Below, piece after piece: positions 50,601 to 59,746 of a stretch of 64,000 bases of DNA (its first letter is position 1; each line of letters opens with the position of its first letter). The DNA is from a virus, in the IMG/VR virus record IMGVR_UViG_3300008108_000011, positions 1-64,000 of that record. One strand, 5' to 3'. The notes beneath the pieces are model-generated. The model ran no database searches. It was given only the letters and a program-made list of their open reading frames with translations, and was not told the DNA's origin. The translations under genes and the position numbers were made by a program.

Positions 50601-53600
50601 TGGTGTTTTGGGTGAGCAAACTCAATCGGTATTTGCTTTCAATAGAGCAAGAGATTGGGCTAAGAAAGCAATTTCAAACCTTCTAGGAAATACTTCTCTA
50701 CTTGATGTAATTAGTATCACTTCATCTGGAACAACTGTCACCGTAACGACAGGAAATCCACATAATTTAGAAGCAGGTAATAAAGTAACAGTTGGCGGTG
50801 CAACTCAAACTGCATATAATGGAAAAGTAACTGTTCTTGCTTCTGGATTAACTGCTACCCAATTTAGATACACTGCATTATCTGCTCCTTCTGCGTCACC
50901 AGCTACTGGTGCATATTATGTTTCGACTGTAACTATTGATCCATCTAATGATTCTATTGTTGCTGGTAGATATAAGGATGCGAGCAACTTAGTTAAATCA
51001 AATCGTCAAGAAATTATTGATAGAGCTGCAGCTAAAGTTGCTATTGATTTTCCTGATTTTTATTATCCAGGTGATAGTCAATCAAATGCAACTTCTCGTT
51101 TTAAGGATTCGTATCGTCTAATTCAACAAAACAGACAAGAAATTATTGATAGAGCAGCTGCCGAAATCGCTGTTCAGCATCCAGATTTTTATTATCCAAA
51201 TGATGCTCAAACTACAAGCACATCGAGATATAAAGATGCTTATCGTTTGATCCAATTAAATAGACAAGAAATTATTAATGGAGCTTATGCTCAAATTGCT
51301 ATTGATTATCCTGGATTTACAAATCCAAATCCAACAAAGTGTCAAAGAGACATTGGATATTTTATTGATGCAATTTCTCTTGATATTTCAATTGGATCTG
51401 GTAATGTTTATTCGCGCAAGTTCACTCAGCAGTATTTTACTGTTAGTGGAGCTCCAATTAGTGATGGATTACTAGGAGAAGAAACACAATCGATTGCTGC
51501 ATTTAATAAAGCTCGTGATTTGATGAAATCGGCAATCACAAATCAATTAACGGTAAAAGATTTAACTGTTACTGTAGATCCTATTACTGGTTCTAATACA
51601 AATGTAAATTCTTGTTCTAATGTTCAACTTGCAATTACTAACTTAAGCGCAATTGTTACAAATGCTATTGGTGCTGGTAGTATTTCTGGTTTACCACCTG
51701 AAAATGTAGGAACTGTTCCTGCTGGAGAAACAAAATGCAAGAGAGATATTGGCATGTTTATTGATGCTATTTCTCTTGATATTGTTCAGGGAGGTGGTAA
51801 TGTTTATGCGCGTAAATTCATTCAACAGTATTTTAATCAGGCAGGAACTGCTTGGATAACTGGCGGATTACAAGGTGAAGAAGCTCAGTCTGTAACTGCA
51901 TTTAACAAAGCAAGAGATATAATGAAACTTGCTGTAGCAAACCAGTTATATGTAAAAGATCTTTCTATTACTGCTGATCCTGCTCCTGGTTCTAATTATG
52001 GAACTTCTGGATCTAATACTGATAATAATTTAAATCCTGCTCTATGTTCAGATGTTCAAAATGCAATTACAACTTTAACTTCTATTGTTACTGCTAGAGT
52101 AACTGCTGGAAATCTTACTGGATTACCTGCAGAAACACAAGCAACCATTCCAAATGGAGAAGCTAAGTGTAAGCGCGACATTGGTTATATTGTAGATTCT
52201 ATTGCCCAAGATTTATTCTGGGGTGGAAATGAATTTACTGTTGGTGCAGTAAGAGAATATTTTACTCTAGCAGGTGTTCCTATTTCTAATGGATTAGTTA
52301 ATGAAGAGAGTCAAACAGTAGTTGCTTTTAATGCTGCAAAAGATGTTGTTAAAAAAGCAGTTACAAATCAACTTTATTCTAAAAATTTAAATCTTTCTTA
52401 TGGTCCAGCAAATGCTGGTGGATCGGGTGGAAATGTAACATACAATGCATCTGGTAATGGTGCTACTTGCGTAGATGTTCAGACCACAGTAGAAAACTTA
52501 TTTGCAATTGCTACTAGTGTTGTAGCGTCTGGAACTTTAGCAAATCTTCCTCCAGTAACTAATGGATCTTACGATTGTGCTAATGTTAGAAATAGTATAG
52601 ATACATTAACTGCAATTTTAACAACTGCGTTAGCATCAGGAAATCTATCTTCTTTACCTGAAGAGAATCCAGGATCATGGAGCACAGTTAGTGAGAGTAG
52701 TAAGTGTAAGCGTGATATTGGATATATTGTAGAGGCAGTTACTTCTGATCTACGTTTGGGTGGAAATGAAAATACTATCAACGCAGCAGAAGCATACTAT
52801 ACAGCTGTTCCTCTCAACACTGACACTGTAGACGGAAGACAAGATGGATTTACTCTAGATTATATTGAAAATGAGAGACCAGAAACTCTAGATGCATACA
52901 ACTATGTAAGAAATTTGGCTATCTCAGCAATGAGAAACCACAATACTTATATCAATAATGCTTCCACTACTTTAAATTCTCCAATCGTTACAGTTCCAAG
53001 CACAATTGGTCTTGCTATTGGAATGCGTGTTAGAAGTGTCAATGCTATTCCAACAGGTCCTTCTGATACAGTATCATTTACTTCTACTATTCCAGATACA
53101 GCATACATCAAAAAAATTGGTGATGGTCAAAATGGATTGGCATCGAATCAAATAGAATTAGGAAGACTAGGAAGCAGATTTGATGATGGAGAAACTGTAA
53201 GTGCTCAGGGAACATCGTCTACTGTAAAATTATACGTTGAATTAAATCAAGGATCTTGGGCAACAACAATTGCTCCTTCAACCGATAGCGCAGTTATTCA
53301 AGATTATAATTACACGGCTGCTGGCGATCCTTCAACTGGATCTCCAGGAGGAGAGTGCGCTACTGTTGCTAATTCAATTGTTAATTATTTCAATATTATT
53401 TCAACAATTATCAACAATGGTGTTGGTGTTGTTCCTAGAGTTGCTTCTTCTCTTAACACAGCATCCCTCGCTCAAAGAGGATCTCTATTCACTTTAACTG
53501 AATATGATAGCAATGGAAATCCAACATCAAACCCCCACCAGTTAGAAACTGGAACTCCAGTAAGACTTGTTCCATCTCCTAGACCAGGAACTAATCCAGA

Positions 53601-56600
53601 CAAGAGACTGGTTAGACTTCCAAAAGGATTTGATACAAATACTATTTACTATGTAATTGCTCCTGGCAGAAGAACAGATCCTTTTGATTATTCTAATTCT
53701 ATCGGATTTAATGGCGCAAATCAGCAAACATTGATGCTTGCTACTAGTGAAGAGAATGCTGCCGCAGGTATTTACATTTATTCTTCCGAGACTGATAGTG
53801 TAGATCCAGATGTAAATATTGATGTTTATCAGTATGTTCTAGATCTTAAGTATGATCTACATCAATATGAAACTAAAATTGCTAATAATAGCAGCACCGA
53901 ATTTGAAACCACTAGACCACATATTTTTGACAAACCAGCTGATGGAGTTGAACCTCAGTTAGTGTTCTTTAGAGTTGGAAGTGATATTATTGGATCATCG
54001 TTGCCTACTCTATCTTCTAATTTTGGTGGAACTGTTATTTCAGAAAAGCAACAGTATTATGTTCGTTATGTAAGTTCCAGAAGATTTACGATTCACCAAA
54101 CATTTACTGATGCTAGAGATAATATTAATCCTGTAACTTTCCAACCAGGAAGCACCGCAGTATTCTACGCATTTGCTAGCAAGAGAAGATCTCCTCTCAA
54201 ATATGATCCTGTTGTAGGTGGTGCAAATGATGGTTGCTGGTATTTAAACACCTTAACTGCAGGAAATGAAATTGTTCCTAGATTGAAGTTTAGTGATTAT
54301 GCAGGAAGAATCAGAACAACTGATACTTACTTTGAACGTATTGAAGATAATAGAACGGAAGATGATCGTGTATATAGATTCCGTTATGTAATTCCTAAGA
54401 ATCTTAAAACCGTTCGTGATCCTCTACGTGGATTTGTGTTTAAGATTAGAACAGATGAAAAGAGAAGATTGCTCCCCCAGAAAATATTACTGAAACCAAC
54501 TGCATCTGGTTCTTCACTTGCCACAATTAATGCTCCTGTCACTGGTGAAAGACTAGGTTTAACTGTATCTGAACTATACAGTCAAACTGGTAAAGATTCT
54601 ACTTACGATCCAGGTCCTCAGGGTAATCCTAAGAGAATCGAAACAGATTCTAAGATTTCTTTCACAGTTCAATCTGCCAGAAAGAGAACTATTCAAAATA
54701 GAGATTATTTAGAATTAACTGTATTTGATATTGGTGTAGATGCCGAAGCATATAAGACTAAACTCTTCACAACGGTTAAAATTTCTGCTCCTGAGGGTGG
54801 AGATGGATCCTTTATTGAAAGTATTCCAAATTCTAATAACACAAATAAAATTACTTGGGATGGTAATAGCAAGGGAACTGCATATGTTCACGCATATTTT
54901 TCTTATGAAAACGATTACTACATGATTCTTAAGGATCTCACTGGTAATTCTGAAATTAAGTATGATAGTAATACAGTTACTACCTTTACTCAAGGATCTG
55001 TAACTGCTACTTTACTTGATCAACCAAATGGCGGAAGATCTGACATTTCTAATTTCCTTTATGTTGTGGAAGGAGCAAACGTTTACACTATGACTCCTGG
55101 CGACACTTTAAATGATGATCAAGGAGTGTCGTATACAATTGCTGAAGTAGAAGATTCTTCTGAACTTGAAAGCACTTTCTACATTTTTGATATTGATACT
55201 ATCCGTAGAAGAATTGCTGGTCAACAAGATGGTGTGTATTATCTCACATGTTTACGTGGAGATATTAGACCTTTCCCAACTGGTTCTGGTGTTGGTGAAA
55301 ACTTCAGAAACTTCAGATTCTCTCAACCAGTATCTAAGTTATATCCAGAATTCTATAAGAACGACCCAGAATGGTATAAGGGAATAAGTGCAGCAACTGC
55401 CACGTTACTTGATCCACCACCAACAATTTCTGCGGCAGACAACTATATCCATGGTTTAGTTACGGTTAATGATTCCAAAGGATCTGTAACTAGAGAAACC
55501 GTTCTTGATTTTGTTGCTGATCCTGGAACAGGAAATTATACATATTCTGGAAATAATACAATTCAAGCTCAACCAGGATCAGCTTCTGCTGGATCTGAAG
55601 GCAGATTGATTCCTATTTCTGGCGATTCTCCATATCCAACAGAAGGAAAACTTTATATAGAACTTCGTAGACCATCTATTGCGCGTTCTGGCAACCATAC
55701 CTTTGAATACCTTGGTTTCGGTCCTGGTAACTACTCAACTGGTTTCCCTGCGCGTCAGGAAGTGGTCTTAACTGATGTTCAAGACTTCTATGCTCAAGCT
55801 AAGCGTGAAGACGCTGGTATCGTCTTCTACACGGGTCTGAACTCCAATGGTGACCTCTACATTGGTAATCGCAAGATCAATGCTATTACTGGTGAAGAAA
55901 CATTCCTAGAAAGAGCGGCATTAGTTGAATCTGAGGATGAAGGAGATAGTATTGGCAATCTTGTAACTACTTTTGATACTCCAGTTACATTTAATCAAAT
56001 CATCACAATTAATGGTGGTGATGGATCTGATGAAAGTTTCTTCAATTCTCCAGTTGTAATTAATAATGCAACTTCTTTCGGAACGGTAGAAAATTATCCT
56101 TCACTTAAGATTGTTACTGGAGAAGGAACTCCTGTTGGATTTGATCAGTATTTAGAATATAATACTGTTGGTCAAAGAACAGGTGATATCGTCATTCATC
56201 AAAACAGAATTACTGCAGCTGTATTTGATTTCAATCCAAGAGGAACACAAGATTATACTATTAGAACTTCCATATCAAATATCACTCCAGATTTTAACAA
56301 TACATTTGGGCAAACTACAGGATTTACTTCTCAAATTTTAGCAACTAATTTTGGAACTAGAGATCCGTTGAAGTCAGGTGATATGCTATTGAAGGGAGAT
56401 CAAACTTCCTTTACTGGATCGTTAGGTTGGATATATGCTAATGATTACATTGCTATAACTAACAGATCTGATGGTCAAACAACACCTCAAGTTGTAGGTA
56501 TTCAGGGTAATGCTACTGGAACATTTGCTAGAATTAACTGGAATACTGGTATTAATAATGGTTCTCTAAGTATTAATAGTTCTACTCAAATTAGAATTAC

Positions 56601-59600
56601 TAATGCTACTGGAACATTAGCAGTTACAAATGGTGTTTGGAATATTGTTCCAGGAAGTTTTAACGCTTCTAACAATTATATTGATGTTATTCTGAACTCT
56701 AATCTTTCTGTGTATCCAGTTAATCTTAATAATGGTAAAGGATACCCAGTTGATCAAGTAGCACAACCAAATATTGCAATCGCTCGTTCGTCTTCTCAAT
56801 TTAAGGAGTGGGGTGTTCTAGGTGCAGAAGCAATTAGAACAGAAACTTCTTCGATTGGAAATTACAAGTTAGGTATTAATACCGTTGCTCGTTCTCCACA
56901 TTCTGCATATCTGACAGCATTTGTTTCTCCAGAAACAACGCCAAGAGCAAATCTTGATGTTGTCGGTAATGCATTTATCAGTGGTAAGGCAATTAATTCT
57001 TATTTAACTGAGCAAACATCTACGAAGACAGAAACTAATTTAGACAATGCTTTGGTTGTTGGTGGCAATAGTTTGAGTCTAAATGGTCCTGCTACATTCC
57101 GTGTTCAGACAACGAATAATGGTAGAGTAGGAATTAATACTTCTCTAGTTGATGTCGTAAATCCATCCAACGTTCTTGATAGAAATTTTGTAGTTGTAGG
57201 TAATGCTAGAATTACTTCAGATTTTGAATTAACAGGTGACCTTCAAGTTAATGGTGGTGATTTAACTACAACTTCTCCATCTTTCAATTTATTAAATACT
57301 TCTTCTCCAGACATTTTAAACTTTGCTGGTGGTGCAGAAATATTTAATATTGGTCACACGACAACTGGAGCTCAAACAATTAATGTCGGCAATGCTGCTT
57401 CATCTAGTTATATTCAAGTTGGTAACGTTGCTACAGAATCTGTTTTCAGAATTCATAGAAATTCATTAAACGCAATTGTTGATATTGCTTCCGTTGCTGA
57501 TACTGTTGGTAATAGTTGTGAAGTTCAAATTGGCGGAGCATGGAACAATACTGCTAGCTTCACTGAAATACGCACCAGACAAACATTAATTGCTGGAGAA
57601 TTAGAATTTGGAACTAGGTATGCTTCTGGAACTAGTCAGTCTAGAATTTTCACTCAGACTAGAGTTCTGAATGCATTTGATGGTGATCAAACCAATACAG
57701 TTAATCTTGCTACTAATGCAACTACCTTCAACCTCGGATCTCTTGGTGGTAATACTACCATTAGAAATACTCTTAATGTTCTTGCAAGTGAAAACGTTAA
57801 TGGTAATATTAGACTGAATGGTGGATTAAATGCAGGTATTGTTGAAATTGTAAGAGGAAGATTCTCTACAACACCAGTCGCACACAACGTAGGAAATCTC
57901 GCAAACACCAACATTGATTATTATCAGTATAATACAACTGGTAGAATAATTGATACTCAAGGTGTTGCACAATGGGGAGGAACTTCGTTCTTGGTTGCTG
58001 GTGGTCAAATTGCTGGTATTGATACTATTACAAATACTGGCGGAACAAATAGAAATCCTGGAACATATAGTTTCATTCCAGCAACAGGTGGAACTGGAAC
58101 GGGTGCTACATTTACTATTAGCATTGCTAACGATAAAACTCTTAATATTGATATTGTTAGCCCTGGATCTGGATATACTGATAATGACCTATTAATAATT
58201 ACTGCTGCACAAATTGGTGGTGGAACTGGTGCTGGCAATCTTACATTCCAAGTAAATGGTGTAAATGCTGGTGGATCTAGCTATTATCTACCAATTTCTA
58301 CTCCTGGTGTGTTTGATTTCAGAGTTGGTGATCTTATTCTCATAGATCGTGGTGATGCAGCAACACCAGATAGTGTTGTTGTTTCTGGTGGTGGAAGCAT
58401 TACTGGATTAAGAAATCAAGCAAACAGTGAGATTGTTCGTGTTACTGGATTAACAAACTTAAGTAATCCAAATGATCCAGAAGGTTTCCGAGTTCAAGTT
58501 ATTCGTGGTCAGGAAGGAACACAGGTAAGAACAGATCACCCACAAGGTTGTGTGCTTGCTAAATTAATTAAACAAACAAATGCAAGTTATATTACAGGAT
58601 CTGATCTTAATAATGATGGAGTTTTAGATACACCTGTGACGGGTATTTCAAATTCCTCTGTCAATGTTAATATTGGTGTTGCTGAATTTGGTGGAGTTCT
58701 TACTACCAGAGACTTCTTGAGATTATCTGGTTCAGAAATCGTTGGTATTGCTAGAACGGTATCCACTGATATTCAAGTTCTTGAAGTTAACGATGGATCT
58801 TTAACACCCGCTACAGTATTCAAAGTAGAATCTACTACTGGTAATACAATTATTGGTGGTAATCTTGGGGTTGGAACTGGATTTAATAAATTTACAGTTA
58901 CTGGATCATCTGGAAACACTAATATTGCTGGAACATTAACAACAGAGAACACATTAACTATTAATGGATCTACTATTCCTAATACTCAATTCTTTACTAT
59001 TACTAACGGTGGTGCTACAGGAACTCCATTGAGAACTACATTCCAGATTGATACTGCGAATGGTAATGTTAGAATGAATGGTGGAAACATCAACATCTAT
59101 GGAACTGATGGAACAACACCTAGACTAACGTTTGTCAATTCTTCGGGTGACTTTACCACATATGGTTCTTTCTCTGCTCTTGGAACGGGTGCTAGCACTT
59201 TTGGTGGTGATATTGTTGCTGCAGGTGATTTAACAATTAATGGTGGTGATATCACTGTTAATTCTGGAGGTAATCCTATTTTTGAGGTAAATAGTAATGG
59301 TTCTATGCGTATTGCTGGAATCAATAATTACTTTACTCAAACGGGTGGTAGAAGATGGGAGTATGCCGATGGATTTGTCATTAATGCTTTGGCAAACGTT
59401 AATTATTTTGTTAATGCTACACAAAATACGCTATTTAAACTTCCTCAAAATGCTCTAATTGGTGATATGATTCGTATTATAGATATTGGTGGAAACTTAA
59501 ATTATAATTTAAGTTTGATTGTAAGAGCTCCTGACAACGTAAAAGTTCAGAACGCATCTGATAATACTGCAAGAAATATTGCTTCTGGTATTCCAGTTTC

Positions 59601-59745
59601 TGATTTTGTTGGATATAATGGTGGTGAAATGGTTGTTCAAACTCCATACGCTGCATTTGCACTAGTTTTTGCAGGATCTACAACTCCAGATGGCAACACT
59701 GCTGTTCCATCATCTATCGCTGGTTGGTATTTAATCGAAGTCTAA
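47608..59745 (+). CDS. giant virion structural / fibre-like protein (~4045 aa) containing five nested phycobiliprotein-like domains
   Basis: Late promoter; MPLTRLDNLIS...LYV N-terminus; beta-helix-like region; five KCxRDIG and five Cxx(V)xx(A/S/T)(I/V) repeats; C-terminal ...GDMIRIID...LIVRAP...GWYLIEV module seen on T4-like baseplate/fibre proteins. Confidence 0.85.
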   Translation: MPLTRLDNLISSKTGKYLYVSPDDFNATDALDNRGNSPLRPFVSIQRAFLEAARFSYLPNVDNDRFDQFTIMLSPGNHYIDNRPGVEDVSTLPIFQFNQATQEWEANTNVSFDLSDPDNILYKFNGRDGGATIPRGTSLVGTDLRRTQVRALYVPDPADPDVPRTALFNVTGGCYFWQFTILDGDLEASSPLYNVGSPVGVGKVYTQPGSTTNLAIPEFSHHKMTNFVFADREDLGLLYRKIARVFSDYQPAIDDVYVEGSNTPVTDSWFSTTTYQIGDRVLYDGNAYIASAVSTNIAPDADETKWSRLVIRGREFDFRVQENRIVGPLSDAVRLDEVTILDSNPAGTVTVKVRTKINHGFFPGQYVAISNNGLNTTLNGVFKVTAISQTDPKEFEYKVATTATGLGLISGTTYTAVSSPSLDTNATVQAEVDSVESASPYVFNVSIRSTWGICGIWADGRKATGFKSMVIAQYTGVSLQKDDRAFIRYDEFSNTWNQAPLTDAFATTPYHIKGDAYWKDDWRNFHVRASDDSFIQNVSIFAVGFADHFLLESGGDMSITNSNSNFGNTSMHSKGYKGFAFSQDKGGYITHIVPPKSLSTLKNIKQQYYVLDAQLTRATSNQNRLYFGSDDARSAEDRPAASIGGYRIGARRNEKLFVKLDTSAAKQAELSPSGFKRWVSSLSTISPTGSRSVEDISRLYVTSTVGFASNDFVKVDNEFFRITAVNPSSLNVVRAQLSSAASDHVNASIVTKYIQNAVATTVLNEEVDATETVFDVQSTTGLAPNMFASITNSQTSINETVRIVTIEGASQITVQRGQLGTIAVAQPQTSLVTLTTLSNTYSPASPSVTTTLTERYPRITPASNASERDYNLAQDAANLIDSNKTFIQAEAFGYVLQKYPYLQNISYVNPNITAETGRYRDASNLIKANRQEIIDYAFTQMQVAFPSFVVPNNENDKCKRDIGYIVDAIANDLYDGGNASIIEATKAYFDNNGSLITNGVLGEQTQSVFAFNRARDWAKKAISNLLGNTSLLDVISITSSGTTVTVTTGNPHNLEAGNKVTVGGATQTAYNGKVTVLASGLTATQFRYTALSAPSASPATGAYYVSTVTIDPSNDSIVAGRYKDASNLVKSNRQEIIDRAAAKVAIDFPDFYYPGDSQSNATSRFKDSYRLIQQNRQEIIDRAAAEIAVQHPDFYYPNDAQTTSTSRYKDAYRLIQLNRQEIINGAYAQIAIDYPGFTNPNPTKCQRDIGYFIDAISLDISIGSGNVYSRKFTQQYFTVSGAPISDGLLGEETQSIAAFNKARDLMKSAITNQLTVKDLTVTVDPITGSNTNVNSCSNVQLAITNLSAIVTNAIGAGSISGLPPENVGTVPAGETKCKRDIGMFIDAISLDIVQGGGNVYARKFIQQYFNQAGTAWITGGLQGEEAQSVTAFNKARDIMKLAVANQLYVKDLSITADPAPGSNYGTSGSNTDNNLNPALCSDVQNAITTLTSIVTARVTAGNLTGLPAETQATIPNGEAKCKRDIGYIVDSIAQDLFWGGNEFTVGAVREYFTLAGVPISNGLVNEESQTVVAFNAAKDVVKKAVTNQLYSKNLNLSYGPANAGGSGGNVTYNASGNGATCVDVQTTVENLFAIATSVVASGTLANLPPVTNGSYDCANVRNSIDTLTAILTTALASGNLSSLPEENPGSWSTVSESSKCKRDIGYIVEAVTSDLRLGGNENTINAAEAYYTAVPLNTDTVDGRQDGFTLDYIENERPETLDAYNYVRNLAISAMRNHNTYINNASTTLNSPIVTVPSTIGLAIGMRVRSVNAIPTGPSDTVSFTSTIPDTAYIKKIGDGQNGLASNQIELGRLGSRFDDGETVSAQGTSSTVKLYVELNQGSWATTIAPSTDSAVIQDYNYTAAGDPSTGSPGGECATVANSIVNYFNIISTIINNGVGVVPRVASSLNTASLAQRGSLFTLTEYDSNGNPTSNPHQLETGTPVRLVPSPRPGTNPDKRLVRLPKGFDTNTIYYVIAPGRRTDPFDYSNSIGFNGANQQTLMLATSEENAAAGIYIYSSETDSVDPDVNIDVYQYVLDLKYDLHQYETKIANNSSTEFETTRPHIFDKPADGVEPQLVFFRVGSDIIGSSLPTLSSNFGGTVISEKQQYYVRYVSSRRFTIHQTFTDARDNINPVTFQPGSTAVFYAFASKRRSPLKYDPVVGGANDGCWYLNTLTAGNEIVPRLKFSDYAGRIRTTDTYFERIEDNRTEDDRVYRFRYVIPKNLKTVRDPLRGFVFKIRTDEKRRLLPQKILLKPTASGSSLATINAPVTGERLGLTVSELYSQTGKDSTYDPGPQGNPKRIETDSKISFTVQSARKRTIQNRDYLELTVFDIGVDAEAYKTKLFTTVKISAPEGGDGSFIESIPNSNNTNKITWDGNSKGTAYVHAYFSYENDYYMILKDLTGNSEIKYDSNTVTTFTQGSVTATLLDQPNGGRSDISNFLYVVEGANVYTMTPGDTLNDDQGVSYTIAEVEDSSELESTFYIFDIDTIRRRIAGQQDGVYYLTCLRGDIRPFPTGSGVGENFRNFRFSQPVSKLYPEFYKNDPEWYKGISAATATLLDPPPTISAADNYIHGLVTVNDSKGSVTRETVLDFVADPGTGNYTYSGNNTIQAQPGSASAGSEGRLIPISGDSPYPTEGKLYIELRRPSIARSGNHTFEYLGFGPGNYSTGFPARQEVVLTDVQDFYAQAKREDAGIVFYTGLNSNGDLYIGNRKINAITGEETFLERAALVESEDEGDSIGNLVTTFDTPVTFNQIITINGGDGSDESFFNSPVVINNATSFGTVENYPSLKIVTGEGTPVGFDQYLEYNTVGQRTGDIVIHQNRITAAVFDFNPRGTQDYTIRTSISNITPDFNNTFGQTTGFTSQILATNFGTRDPLKSGDMLLKGDQTSFTGSLGWIYANDYIAITNRSDGQTTPQVVGIQGNATGTFARINWNTGINNGSLSINSSTQIRITNATGTLAVTNGVWNIVPGSFNASNNYIDVILNSNLSVYPVNLNNGKGYPVDQVAQPNIAIARSSSQFKEWGVLGAEAIRTETSSIGNYKLGINTVARSPHSAYLTAFVSPETTPRANLDVVGNAFISGKAINSYLTEQTSTKTETNLDNALVVGGNSLSLNGPATFRVQTTNNGRVGINTSLVDVVNPSNVLDRNFVVVGNARITSDFELTGDLQVNGGDLTTTSPSFNLLNTSSPDILNFAGGAEIFNIGHTTTGAQTINVGNAASSSYIQVGNVATESVFRIHRNSLNAIVDIASVADTVGNSCEVQIGGAWNNTASFTEIRTRQTLIAGELEFGTRYASGTSQSRIFTQTRVLNAFDGDQTNTVNLATNATTFNLGSLGGNTTIRNTLNVLASENVNGNIRLNGGLNAGIVEIVRGRFSTTPVAHNVGNLANTNIDYYQYNTTGRIIDTQGVAQWGGTSFLVAGGQIAGIDTITNTGGTNRNPGTYSFIPATGGTGTGATFTISIANDKTLNIDIVSPGSGYTDNDLLIITAAQIGGGTGAGNLTFQVNGVNAGGSSYYLPISTPGVFDFRVGDLILIDRGDAATPDSVVVSGGGSITGLRNQANSEIVRVTGLTNLSNPNDPEGFRVQVIRGQEGTQVRTDHPQGCVLAKLIKQTNASYITGSDLNNDGVLDTPVTGISNSSVNVNIGVAEFGGVLTTRDFLRLSGSEIVGIARTVSTDIQVLEVNDGSLTPATVFKVESTTGNTIIGGNLGVGTGFNKFTVTGSSGNTNIAGTLTTENTLTINGSTIPNTQFFTITNGGATGTPLRTTFQIDTANGNVRMNGGNINIYGTDGTTPRLTFVNSSGDFTTYGSFSALGTGASTFGGDIVAAGDLTINGGDITVNSGGNPIFEVNSNGSMRIAGINNYFTQTGGRRWEYADGFVINALANVNYFVNATQNTLFKLPQNALIGDMIRIIDIGGNLNYNLSLIVRAPDNVKVQNASDNTARNIASGIPVSDFVGYNGGEMVVQTPYAAFALVFAGSTTPDGNTAVPSSIAGWYLIEV
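50221..53421 (+). repeat. five interleaved phycobiliprotein/globin-like repeats
   Basis: 5x (R)Y.DA..LI..N(R/K)..I...A...P; 5x KC.RDIG..(V/I)(D/E)(A/S)(I/V)..D...G.N; 5x C..V...(I/V)..(L/Y). Confidence 0.8.
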
Positions 59746-59746
59746 T

